From: an uncultured Gammaproteobacteria bacterium | GTDB lineage: Bacteria > Patescibacteriota > Microgenomatia > UBA10105 > UBA927 | Length of the DNA: 64,000 nt | Assembly: GCA_964445435.1 (NCBI GenBank) | Contig: CAYUKU010000006.1 | Location: forward strand, 1,112 to 65,111 | Reading direction: 5' to 3' | Shown: positions 39,275 through 49,129 of the stretch, piece by piece | Numbering within the stretch: the stretch's first letter is position 1 | Layout of the letters: each line of letters begins with the position of its first letter | Program-made: the position numbers and the translations under genes | Notes under the pieces: generated by a model | What the model was told of the DNA's origin: nothing | Seen by the model: only the letters and a program-made list of their open reading frames with translations | The model's database searches: none

Positions 39275-40894
39275 ATGAGACTCCGAACGCATGTGTTGAT
39301 CGTGCTTATCGCAAGCATCATCCCGTTTTTGATCATATTTGTCAGTCCAAACCTCCCCCATACGAGTGACGGAGGGGTTCATCTCCCCAGAATGGGTGCG
39401 TATTTCAGGGCGATTGCTGATGGTCATCTACCCGTGCGATGGGCGGGTGACCTCAACTTCGGGTACGGCTTGCCGCTTTTTAATTTCATGTACCATACGC
39501 CGTACATCCTTTCTTCGGCGCTTATCGCGGCAGGCTTTTCCCTTGTCACGTCGTTCAAACTTACGCTTGCTTTGAGTTTCGTTTTCTCGGGGCTGTTCAT
39601 GTACCTGTTCGTTTCTGAATGGCAGAAAGACAAAAAACTCGCCCTCTGGGTGACTCTGTTTTACCAGTTTGCCCCATTCCGGCTCGTGGAAATCCTTGTC
39701 AGGGGTGCTATAGGCGGAATATACAGCTACACGTTTCTCCCGCTTGTTTTGTGGAGCATCGTCAGAATCGCAAAAAAACCATCACCCGCACGCGTCGCGG
39801 GGGTAGCAATCGCAATGGGCCTGCTTATCATCTCGCATAACTCCCTAAGCCTTATTTTTTTTGGCGTCATCGTATTGTTCGCATCCTGGTTCTATCCGAA
39901 AAAAAGCATACTCATACCGGTTGTGACGGGACTGTTTTTGGGACTTCTTCTGTCTGCCTTCTATTGGATTCCGGCACTTGCGGAACACAAATACACATAC
40001 GGCGACCTGTTCATGACTGATCTCTACAAAACACACTTCCCGCCGCTTGTCCGATTCTTCCTGCCAAACCTCACCAATTCACAAACCTTGAGAACCGCAG
40101 AGATATCGGTACAACTGGGCATGTTTCATGTGATAGGAATCGCCGTGGCGCTTTTCGGACTGTTTCGCGGAGTATTCGACCGAAAAACGAAGCACATACT
40201 TTGGTTTGGACTCATCGTAACGGCCGTATCTCTTTTTTTTATGCAACCTGTCTCGCTTTTCCTTTGGGAACGGGTAACATTTTTACGGCAATTTCAGTTC
40301 CCCTGGCGGTTTTTGGCGCTATCGAGTTTCGGATCGGCACTTATCAGCATATCTATTGTGAAAGTCGTTCAATCACGAACCGCCCAAGCGATTCTGTTGT
40401 TTTTGACTGTGATTACAACTGCTTATTACTGGTATCCCCCGCAGGGCTTCGATACAGTGCGTGAGAGTGATTTCTGGAATTACCCTCTCAACACAACGTA
40501 CTTCGGGGAAACGGACGTCATCTGGTCGGCGGGTCCGGCGAAAGGATATCCCAAAGCACGTGTTGAGTTTATTGAAGGAACAGGATCGATTTCCGATCTT
40601 GCGAAAAAGACACAACTTCACACATTCACGGTGACGTCCAGCGTGTCTGCGAAACTTGTCGATCATACCCAGTACTTCCCCGGCTGGCGGGTGTATGTGG
40701 ATGGTCAGAAAACTCCGGTGGAATTTCAGGATCAGAATTGGCGGGGAGAAATTACATTCGCGGTCCCCCAAGGAACGCACAACGTAAAGGTCGCGTTCGA
40801 AGAAAGCCGAATCCGGTTCATAAGCAATACTGTTTCCGTTTTGGCTGTGGGCATCATATTGCTTACACTCATATCGAAATATATACGCTTATGA
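39275..40894 (+). CDS. GT-C membrane protein, PF10131-like family
   Basis: TSDGGVH, PVRWAGDLNFGYG, RGAIGG, QFPWRF, YFPGW. Confidence 0.8.
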   Translation: MRLRTHVLIVLIASIIPFLIIFVSPNLPHTSDGGVHLPRMGAYFRAIADGHLPVRWAGDLNFGYGLPLFNFMYHTPYILSSALIAAGFSLVTSFKLTLALSFVFSGLFMYLFVSEWQKDKKLALWVTLFYQFAPFRLVEILVRGAIGGIYSYTFLPLVLWSIVRIAKKPSPARVAGVAIAMGLLIISHNSLSLIFFGVIVLFASWFYPKKSILIPVVTGLFLGLLLSAFYWIPALAEHKYTYGDLFMTDLYKTHFPPLVRFFLPNLTNSQTLRTAEISVQLGMFHVIGIAVALFGLFRGVFDRKTKHILWFGLIVTAVSLFFMQPVSLFLWERVTFLRQFQFPWRFLALSSFGSALISISIVKVVQSRTAQAILLFLTVITTAYYWYPPQGFDTVRESDFWNYPLNTTYFGETDVIWSAGPAKGYPKARVEFIEGTGSISDLAKKTQLHTFTVTSSVSAKLVDHTQYFPGWRVYVDGQKTPVEFQDQNWRGEITFAVPQGTHNVKVAFEESRIRFISNTVSVLAVGIILLTLISKYIRL

Positions 40895-43245
40895 AACCGC
40901 GCGAGCTTGTTGTCTCAATTATTTTTCTTGCAGTCATAGCCGTCGTATTTTTTTACAAGTCGGTGTTTCTGGGGCGAATTCCCTTTCCGGGAGACCTTCT
41001 TATCGCCCAGTACAAACCGTGGAGGACATACTCATATCTCGGGTACGCTCCCGGGTCATATCCTCAGAAAAACCAGTACTTCGACACATTACGGCAGCTG
41101 TATCCCTGGAAAACGCTCAGTCTGAAAGAACTTTCATCAGGCAGGATTCCGCTATGGAACCCGCATAACTTTTCGGGCAGTCCGCTTCTTGCCAACAACC
41201 AGTCGGCTGTCTTCTATCCGCTCAATATCCTCTACGGCATCTTCACCCAGCCGGTCGCCTGGACCATCATCATGGCAGCAGCGCTTTTTTTGGCATCAGT
41301 GGGAATGTATCTGTTTAGCCGGTCACTTTCCGTCTCTCCCATGGGCTCGTCGCTTGCGGCGGTGGCATATAGCTATAGCCTCTTTATGACGACATTTCTC
41401 GAGTATAACTCGATCCATCAGACAGCGATGTGGTTGCCGTTTGTACTTCTTTCAATAGAGCTTCTTCTTAAAAAAGGCATTTCCCGCCTGCGCGCCATTC
41501 TGTTTGTCGTTACAGTAACAAGCGCAGCTCTTGCCGGCCACCTTCAGATTTTCGTGTATATACTTCTTTTTTCTCTGGCATATCTGATATTGCGCGCCAG
41601 AAGTTTATCGACGAAAATTCACCATTCTCTCATTTTTTTGTTTCTCGTGCCGCTCGGAATTTCTTCGATACAGCTTATTCCGACGTTCGAGCTCATCATG
41701 CATTCGGCGCGATCGGCGCAGGAATACCAGTTTCTGGTTGAAAACCTTCTTCTTCAACCGCATCAGCTCGCCCTTTTTCTAGGCGCCGATCTCTTCGGAA
41801 ATCCAGCAAGCGGTAACTACCTCTTAAAAGACAGCTATCCGGGGAACGCCGTCTATCTGGGCATCGTGCCCTTACTGTTTAGCTTCTTTGCGCTCAAAAA
41901 CTGGCGGCGCAGCTGGACGGTGCGAACGTTTGGCTTCGCGGCACTTGTTCTGCTTGTTCTCATGACGCGGTCGTTCGTATCAGAAATCATCTATAGAATT
42001 CCCCTTCCGTTTATCAGTACCGCATCGCCAACAAACGGCATATTTCTCCTCAGTTTCTGCCTTTCGGTCCTCGCCGCCTTAGGCAGCGACACGTGGCGCA
42101 CAAAAACGGAAAAGCGGACGAGACGGATTATACTCGCAACCGGTGTTGCTTTCGTTCTTTTCTGGGTGGCAGCTCGCGTAGACCCGAAATTGATTAGCGT
42201 CAAAAATCTCATCTATTCCACGCTCTTGTATGTGGCAAGCGCGGCACTTCTTATCGCTGGTACGTTTTGGGCAAAGGCAAAAAACTACGCGTTTATCATG
42301 CTTCTGGCGATCGCCATCCTCGACAGTTTTTATTTCTTCCAAAAATTCAACCCGTTCGTACCTTCCCAGCTTGTGTTTCCGCAGGCATCGGTATTCCAAT
42401 GGCTAGCCCAAAACTCGCCCCTCGACCGGTTCTGGGGTTTGGGGAATGCCAATATAGAGGCAAATTTCGCCACACAGTACGGTCTTTACTCGCCCGAGGG
42501 ATATGATCCATTATATCCGAAGGCCTACGGTGAGTTCATCGGTCTTGCCGCAAACGGTAAGCTTGCAAACTCGTTTAGCAACGCAACGCGATCCGATGCA
42601 GTCATCCCCGCAAACACAACAGATACCCTTACCGACCCGGTGAAGAAAAAAACGCTTAACCTTCTGGGGGTACGCTATATCCTGGATCGTGCGGAAAACG
42701 CAAATACCGAAAATATATTCCCGCCGAACTCCTATCGGCTCGTCTATGAAAAGGACGGGTGGAAAATATTTGAAAATCTTGACGCCCTTCCGAGAGCATT
42801 TCTGACACAGTCTACCCGGACGTACCAGAGCCGGGTCGACTTTCAGGAAAAATTTGCCGACAGCAAGTTTAATCCGAAGGAAGCGGTGCTTCTGGCCGAG
42901 CCGACAAATTTACCACCGGGCGAACCCAAACAGGCGGGAACGGCGACCATTTCCTCCTATATGAATAATCGGGTCGAGATTATCACGTCAGCCCCGGCAA
43001 CACAGATGCTGATACTTACTGATACATACTTCCCTGGGTGGACCGCCACCGTTGACGGTCGGAAAGAAAAAATCCTCAAGGCCGACTGGACGTTTCGCGC
43101 GGTGAGCGTTCCCGCAGGAAAGCATATGGTTGTCTTTTCGTACGAACCATCCTCCTTTTCCTGGGGCCTCAAAAGCTCTATGATGAGCGTACTTATATTT
43201 ATAGGATTTATTCTCACCCTAAAAAGAAAAAACGCATATGACTAA
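40891..43245 (+). CDS. YfhO-family GT-C protein
   Basis: PLWNPHNFSGSP, AGHLQ, GYDPL, YFPGW..VPAGKH; start MKPREL at 40891 (ATGA overlap). Confidence 0.85.
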   Translation: MKPRELVVSIIFLAVIAVVFFYKSVFLGRIPFPGDLLIAQYKPWRTYSYLGYAPGSYPQKNQYFDTLRQLYPWKTLSLKELSSGRIPLWNPHNFSGSPLLANNQSAVFYPLNILYGIFTQPVAWTIIMAAALFLASVGMYLFSRSLSVSPMGSSLAAVAYSYSLFMTTFLEYNSIHQTAMWLPFVLLSIELLLKKGISRLRAILFVVTVTSAALAGHLQIFVYILLFSLAYLILRARSLSTKIHHSLIFLFLVPLGISSIQLIPTFELIMHSARSAQEYQFLVENLLLQPHQLALFLGADLFGNPASGNYLLKDSYPGNAVYLGIVPLLFSFFALKNWRRSWTVRTFGFAALVLLVLMTRSFVSEIIYRIPLPFISTASPTNGIFLLSFCLSVLAALGSDTWRTKTEKRTRRIILATGVAFVLFWVAARVDPKLISVKNLIYSTLLYVASAALLIAGTFWAKAKNYAFIMLLAIAILDSFYFFQKFNPFVPSQLVFPQASVFQWLAQNSPLDRFWGLGNANIEANFATQYGLYSPEGYDPLYPKAYGEFIGLAANGKLANSFSNATRSDAVIPANTTDTLTDPVKKKTLNLLGVRYILDRAENANTENIFPPNSYRLVYEKDGWKIFENLDALPRAFLTQSTRTYQSRVDFQEKFADSKFNPKEAVLLAEPTNLPPGEPKQAGTATISSYMNNRVEIITSAPATQMLILTDTYFPGWTATVDGRKEKILKADWTFRAVSVPAGKHMVVFSYEPSSFSWGLKSSMMSVLIFIGFILTLKRKNAYD

Positions 43246-44923
43246 ATCGTCCACATTCGTACTATTCGTTGCCATTTTCCTCATCGGAGCGATTCTGAGA
43301 TTTTATGCTTTAGGGTCCGTCCCAAACGGGTTATATCAGGATGAAACCGCAATCGGTTACAACGCGTACTCTATTCTCAAAACGGGAAAAGACGAATACG
43401 GAAAACCGTATCCCCTGTATTTCAAGTCATTTGGAGACTACAAGCTTCCCGTCTATATATACAGCACGGTAGCAAGCATCAAACTCTTCGGGCTCACGCC
43501 GTTTGCCGTTCGTTTCCCGTCGGCACTTTTCGGTACGCTGACCCTGATTATGATGTACGTTCTCGTCCGCAAACTTACCCGTAGCGAATCGTTCGCACTC
43601 TTGTCCGTACTATTTCTCTCGTTTAATCCCTGGCACCTCCATTACAGTCGGGCGACGTTTGAGGTATCGCAGGGGTTATTCTTCTTTCTTCTCGGAACCT
43701 GGTGTATCGCCAAATCCAGCGAAAAAAGACACGGGTTTTTCCTTATGGGCGTGCTATCGTTTCTCGCCGCTTTCTATACGTATAACCTCACCCGGCTTCT
43801 TTCACCACTTCTGTTTCTTATCGTGCTTTGTTATTTCCATCGTAAACAAACACTTCCCCGGCGCCGGGAACTAATCGCCTCGCTTGTCGTCGGCACTCTT
43901 GGTCTTCTGCCGTTTTTCAGGACATTTTTTTCCCAGGGAGGATTTGCGTCTTCAGCCGGAACGCTTATCTTCACCAGTGCTTCTGTCCAGGCGCCTCTTC
44001 TGGAAATTCGAAGTTACATGATTGGACATCCGATCCTGGCGAAACTCTTTTTCAATACTGCCATCCTCACGTTCTGGCAATATCTCGCAAACGTATACGC
44101 ATACCTTTCGACGGATTTCTTCTTTATTCATGGTTCACCGCACGGGAATCATGGAATCGGCAATGTCGGATTATTTTATGCATTTGAACTGCCTCTTATG
44201 GTTGTCGGTTTTCTGACCTATTTCCGTGATAAAGCAAAACCCTTCACATTACTCACATCCTGGGCGCTGGCGGTCGTCATAGTTTCTTCTTTAACCCGGG
44301 AAGCTCCGCACGCCACGCGAAGTTTTTTCCTCCTCTTTCCACTGGTCATATTTTCTGCGAAAGGCTTTTTTACCATCGTTTCCCAGATTCGAAAAACTGG
44401 CCGTACGCATCAAGTCATCCTGTTTTCGGCAATCTCGGTTGCGGTCCTGATAAACATTGTGTACTACATGGCTTCGTACTACATCCGCTTTCCGATCGCG
44501 TACGCCAAAGCCTGGCGTACGGCGGACGCTCAACTGTCTCTCTACATAAAGGCCCATGAGAAAAACTACGAGCGGATTGTCATCGACGATGCAGCAGGAT
44601 TCATCTATAGCTCGCTTTTGTTTTATAACGAGTTTTCACCAAGCGAATTTCAAGAGACGGTAAAAAGACTTCCTGACGATTCGGAAGGATTTAGCAAAGT
44701 ATCATCGTTTGGCAAATACGAAATACGCAACATCTCCGATGCCGATTTCCGAAAACCAAAAACGCTCATCATCACTACGCCCGACAAAAAGCCGGCATTC
44801 GTACCACCCCTTGAGACATTCTATTACCCTAAAAGACCAGTGGTGTTTGCGGTAAAGCAGGAGATCATGCGCTTCCCGATTGAAGACATTGCCTATGTCG
44901 CGGTAGCCGGAGTGCCTCAGTAA
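43238..44923 (+). CDS. ArnT/GT39-like GT-C glycosyltransferase
   Basis: QDETAIGYNAYS, DYKLPVY, NPWHLHYSRATFE, PHATR. Confidence 0.87.
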   Translation: MTKSSTFVLFVAIFLIGAILRFYALGSVPNGLYQDETAIGYNAYSILKTGKDEYGKPYPLYFKSFGDYKLPVYIYSTVASIKLFGLTPFAVRFPSALFGTLTLIMMYVLVRKLTRSESFALLSVLFLSFNPWHLHYSRATFEVSQGLFFFLLGTWCIAKSSEKRHGFFLMGVLSFLAAFYTYNLTRLLSPLLFLIVLCYFHRKQTLPRRRELIASLVVGTLGLLPFFRTFFSQGGFASSAGTLIFTSASVQAPLLEIRSYMIGHPILAKLFFNTAILTFWQYLANVYAYLSTDFFFIHGSPHGNHGIGNVGLFYAFELPLMVVGFLTYFRDKAKPFTLLTSWALAVVIVSSLTREAPHATRSFFLLFPLVIFSAKGFFTIVSQIRKTGRTHQVILFSAISVAVLINIVYYMASYYIRFPIAYAKAWRTADAQLSLYIKAHEKNYERIVIDDAAGFIYSSLLFYNEFSPSEFQETVKRLPDDSEGFSKVSSFGKYEIRNISDADFRKPKTLIITTPDKKPAFVPPLETFYYPKRPVVFAVKQEIMRFPIEDIAYVAVAGVPQ

Positions 44924-45828
44924 ATTGCTATATCCCGGTCTTTCTTTTTCCAGAGCGATCCGACGCGTTTTCTTTTTTCCAACACCCGGGGAATTTTCCC
45001 GACTGCCATACACCATCCTATCAGCAGTGACGTCTTCCCGCGCAATAACTGCTGAACGATCCGCACCGGTGTCCAAACCACATGAGAAAACCATATATCG
45101 AGATCGGTAAGATTTTTCCAGGTGAATATGAATTGGTTCCTGAAAGCGATACGCTCTATTCTTTCTTTTGCGAATTGCGTCTGAATCGCCCCCTTCTGAT
45201 GATAGTGCCAAACGACTGCACGCGGTTCGAAGATGACACGGAATCCTGCCTTCATCGCCCGATACGAAAGATCAATATCCTCCCAATAAAACGGATTGTA
45301 TAGTTCATCCATTCCCCCGAAACGTTCCCAGAGCGCTTTTCTGAATGCGGAACTTCCGCCTGAGGCCCACGCAGTGTCGTTTTTATCCGTCTGACCGCGA
45401 CTATGGACATACAACCCTCTCCTCCAGTGAGCAACTCCCCGACCCCGAAGAACGACGCCTTCCTTCTCCGGATTTTTCTCAAGACACCCTACCGCAAATA
45501 CCGCCGGATCAGAAAAATGAGAAAGAAGCGGTTTGAGAAACCCTTTCTGGGGAACCACATCGCTGTTGAGAAGCACCACAATTTCTCCCTTTGCGTGAGT
45601 CACCCCCACGTTTACCGATTGCGCGAATCCCGAATTACTTTCTTTTACTATCGTGCGAATGCTGGGAAAGGTACGATGAAGAAGCGTAACTGAATCGTCA
45701 GTCGAATGGTCATCCACGACGATCACTTCGCAATCTCCGACGGCATCAAGAACCTTCGGCAAATGCTGCGCCAGAAGTTTCGCACCGTTCCAATTCGGAA
45801 TGATAATCGATACGGTCAACTGTTTCAT
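44917..45828 (-). CDS. GT2 glycosyltransferase (WbbL-like)
   Basis: IIPNWNG, LLNSDV, YWEDIDLSYR. Confidence 0.9.
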   Translation of the reverse strand: MKQLTVSIIIPNWNGAKLLAQHLPKVLDAVGDCEVIVVDDHSTDDSVTLLHRTFPSIRTIVKESNSGFAQSVNVGVTHAKGEIVVLLNSDVVPQKGFLKPLLSHFSDPAVFAVGCLEKNPEKEGVVLRGRGVAHWRRGLYVHSRGQTDKNDTAWASGGSSAFRKALWERFGGMDELYNPFYWEDIDLSYRAMKAGFRVIFEPRAVVWHYHQKGAIQTQFAKERIERIAFRNQFIFTWKNLTDLDIWFSHVVWTPVRIVQQLLRGKTSLLIGWCMAVGKIPRVLEKRKRVGSLWKKKDRDIAIY

Positions 45829-48077
45829 GAGCCCAAAAGAATACCACGAAACGGATGGTAATACAAACGCACCGTATGTGTGCCGGCTGGCACAACGACA
45901 CCCATAAATATTCCGTCCGTTTTCACGACCGGAGCTTCTTTATTATCAATAGTCGCAATCCATGACGGGTGATAACTATTATATATAACAAGAAGGCGGG
46001 GATTTGATGCCATGGTTTTGATCTCAATCGAGTTAGGAGTATAGGAAGTTATCCGTGTTCCTTCTCCGAGTCGAAGAGGCACGGGCAAGAGGGAAACCGT
46101 TTTATCTACGATCGCCAGGGTACCTGCTTCTGACTGGGCGAGAGCCCGGAGCGCTTCCTGCGGATCCTGAACCGATATAACGCGCTCAGCAAACCCGACT
46201 CTGTCAAGAGATTTTTTGTATTCATACACCCGCGTCTCACCTTCCTGGTACACCTTCACCAGGTACGGCCGGCTTACCTCTTCAAGCGTCAGAACGTATT
46301 TGACGTTCAGAAACGGCAACAGCGGGGAGTCAATGTTTTTCGAGGTTAAGATGCGGTTGAACCCGTACGGCTTGGCGATGCTCATATCGGCGCGGGTCAT
46401 GGCAGCGAAAAATGTTTCATACGCAGATGAATAGAGAGGGTCGTATCCTTCTGTGGTTTCGATCCCGAAGTAGGATGAAGCATTCGGCGGAAGAATCCGG
46501 TCATCAAGACTCATGACGCGAAAAGGCCCGGTCTGGTTTTTGAGGAATCGTATAACCGAAGTTTCCGGGAATAAGTAATCGCTTGGGGTAAACGGAGTAA
46601 ACTTCCACGCAAATCTGAGAAGATCACCCACCGAAATGGCGATAAGAAGAAAAACTACGACTTTTCTCAACTGCCTGAGCCTGCTCGATACGTATATGCC
46701 AAGTGCGCCGATAGAAAAAAGTGCGGTTGGCAAGATCAGGTTTCGCCTGGCAACCAAAGCATGAGAGATGGCTTCTGGGCTTTTCTGCTTCATCAAAACA
46801 AAAACTACAATCCACAGAATGACATACACGCCCGCCATAGCCAGAAGCGGAAATTTCACGCGAAGTGATTTTTTGAGAAATCCGCTGAATCCGATCGATG
46901 AAAGCACGGCAAGTGCAAAGTCGATAAGAATCATAAGTCGAGTCGGCTGAAGAGACGAAATGACAGGAATGTTTGTCTGGTAGGGCAACTTCGCCACAAT
47001 GGTCGGCAAAGAAAATAGCAAGGATATAAGTGCTGTCCACACCCAAAATTTCCCCTCTTTCCAAAACGGTATCGAAGCGATCAGCGCAAACAGGAGCGGT
47101 ATCGTGCCGATATACCCAGCAAATTCCGCCCAATTCCAGGTTCCCCAATAATTGAGCGTTGCGGGATTCCCGAAAAAATCCGGAGCGAAAAAGCCGGAAA
47201 GATGCTTCCAGGGAAGGAAAAATCCTGCCTCATGCCAACCGGTTCCCTGCGTTCTTGCAGACCGGGTAACAGACTCTATGAACGGCACCCACTGTGCTGC
47301 TGTTACCGTCAAAAGAATACCCATAAGCATGACAAATTTCCATGGCATTGCCTTTAATCGCCGTATTGCTTCAGTTCCTCGCGCCAGAAAGTACGCCAAG
47401 GAAAGCAGATATACATAGAGCGCTACCTGGATGTGTCCTGCCAGAAACGTCATGGTGATTCCCACAAAAATGGATATAAACCATAATTTTTTTCCTGCAA
47501 CAAGATCATCTATTCCCATGAGGATGAGCGGAAGCCAGATCGCAGTTTGTACGATGGTTCCCCACGTCAGCCACGAAACTGAGAATCCGGAGAAACTCCA
47601 TGAAACTGCCCCCAGAAACGCTGCCCAGGGATGAATCGCCATTCGCGTAAGAAAAATATACAGTAATATTCCTCCCAGAAGGGGTTGTAGTACGATAAGG
47701 ATCGTCCAGGCAACGGAGAATGGAAAGAAAATGAAAAGTACGTTCAGCGGATAAAACACACCGGCCTGTATATTGCCGGCAAGCGGACTACCGGAAAATG
47801 TATACGGATTCCACCAGGGAATTTCACCGTGTTTCCAGCTTTCAACGGCAAGTTTCCTCCAGGGAATTTGCTGACGAACCGGATCGGTTATGAGAAAATT
47901 CTTAAAAGGCACGCCCCGGGGATAGTCACTGGCGTAATAATCCCTCCAGGGATGATACAGGCCTACCAACGAATCTGCGGGAATCGGCAATTTCCCCAAA
48001 AATAGCTGCCAGAAAAATACGGCAACTACCAAAACAAACGCGCCGATCGGCAGAATGCTTAAAAGAAATCGTTTCAT
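45825..48077 (-). CDS. YfhO-family GT-C protein
   Basis: PWWNPYTFSGSP, AGHIQ, GYDPL, VPAGTH; start MKRFLL at 48077 (ATGA overlap). Confidence 0.85.
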   Translation of the reverse strand: MKRFLLSILPIGAFVLVVAVFFWQLFLGKLPIPADSLVGLYHPWRDYYASDYPRGVPFKNFLITDPVRQQIPWRKLAVESWKHGEIPWWNPYTFSGSPLAGNIQAGVFYPLNVLFIFFPFSVAWTILIVLQPLLGGILLYIFLTRMAIHPWAAFLGAVSWSFSGFSVSWLTWGTIVQTAIWLPLILMGIDDLVAGKKLWFISIFVGITMTFLAGHIQVALYVYLLSLAYFLARGTEAIRRLKAMPWKFVMLMGILLTVTAAQWVPFIESVTRSARTQGTGWHEAGFFLPWKHLSGFFAPDFFGNPATLNYWGTWNWAEFAGYIGTIPLLFALIASIPFWKEGKFWVWTALISLLFSLPTIVAKLPYQTNIPVISSLQPTRLMILIDFALAVLSSIGFSGFLKKSLRVKFPLLAMAGVYVILWIVVFVLMKQKSPEAISHALVARRNLILPTALFSIGALGIYVSSRLRQLRKVVVFLLIAISVGDLLRFAWKFTPFTPSDYLFPETSVIRFLKNQTGPFRVMSLDDRILPPNASSYFGIETTEGYDPLYSSAYETFFAAMTRADMSIAKPYGFNRILTSKNIDSPLLPFLNVKYVLTLEEVSRPYLVKVYQEGETRVYEYKKSLDRVGFAERVISVQDPQEALRALAQSEAGTLAIVDKTVSLLPVPLRLGEGTRITSYTPNSIEIKTMASNPRLLVIYNSYHPSWIATIDNKEAPVVKTDGIFMGVVVPAGTHTVRLYYHPFRGILLGS

Positions 48078-49129
48078 ACGATGAGCGTATGCAGTCGTTT
48101 GCAAAACCCGTCATATCTGAAATCGGCCGCTCTCGACCGTGCCGCTTTTGAGATATGCGTCCACATTTTGGTATTCGCGGCGAGTTTCCCGGTGATGTCC
48201 ATGAGTTCTTTTTTCGTGTTCCACAAAAATCCGCTCACCCAATTTCCTACCACTTCCTTTTGCCCTCCCGCGGCATACACTACAGGTACTGCTCCTCCCG
48301 CCATTGCCTCTATTGTAGTAAGTCCGAAATGCTCCGCTTTCTCAGGGTGATTTGAAACATCTTCTCCGAAGCCCGCGGCGTGCCAATATATTTTCGCCCG
48401 ACCGTAAAGGGAGACTAAATCATTGAAAGGAATATTGGGAAGGATATCTATCCGATAGCCGTGAGCCAGTTTTTTGAGTTTATCGACAAACGGCTGGTCT
48501 TCGGGAAGCATACCCCCTGCCAACACAAGACGCCAGTCGGGAAGCTGCCTTTCATTTAGTTTCTTAAACGTCTCGATGAGAACTTCCTGTTTTTTCGTAT
48601 TCATACCCGTGGTAAAGCGGCCAACGGAAAGAATAAGTGATTCCTTCTTTTTCGGTCCGAATGCGTCGATATCTATAGCAGGAGCAAGTACGGATGCGCG
48701 GATACCGAATTTTTTGTCAATGTGATCTTTTACAAACTGTGAGTAGCAGAGAAAATGAGTTACCCTTCTTACTTTGAGCTGGGTCAACAGACTCTTCTCG
48801 TTCACCCACCCTGTCGGAAACTGAAAAATAAGGATTACTTTTTTCGAAAAAACGAACGGAATGCTTCCGTCACTTACGAAAAAAATTGCATCGTATCGCC
48901 TCGTAATGTTTGCCTTCTCAAACAGATTTCCGCTCTTCCAAATATTTCGTACGAGTCGTACGCCGGACAACGGCATGTGAAAACGCTCTTTGGCGGCGCC
49001 CAGAATTCCCGGATCGTCCCAGAAAATGTCAACCTCGTGTTCGGGCGTCAGACAAGAGGCGATGTCAAAACAATACCGCTCTCCCCCACCAAGCGTATTG
49101 AGATAAGGATTATAAATGCCTATCTTCAT
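48074..49129 (-). CDS. GT4 (GT-B) glycosyltransferase
   Basis: LGGGERY, SVGRF, EHFGLTTIEAM; start MKIGIY at 49129. Confidence 0.9.
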   Translation of the reverse strand: MKIGIYNPYLNTLGGGERYCFDIASCLTPEHEVDIFWDDPGILGAAKERFHMPLSGVRLVRNIWKSGNLFEKANITRRYDAIFFVSDGSIPFVFSKKVILIFQFPTGWVNEKSLLTQLKVRRVTHFLCYSQFVKDHIDKKFGIRASVLAPAIDIDAFGPKKKESLILSVGRFTTGMNTKKQEVLIETFKKLNERQLPDWRLVLAGGMLPEDQPFVDKLKKLAHGYRIDILPNIPFNDLVSLYGRAKIYWHAAGFGEDVSNHPEKAEHFGLTTIEAMAGGAVPVVYAAGGQKEVVGNWVSGFLWNTKKELMDITGKLAANTKMWTHISKAARSRAADFRYDGFCKRLHTLIV

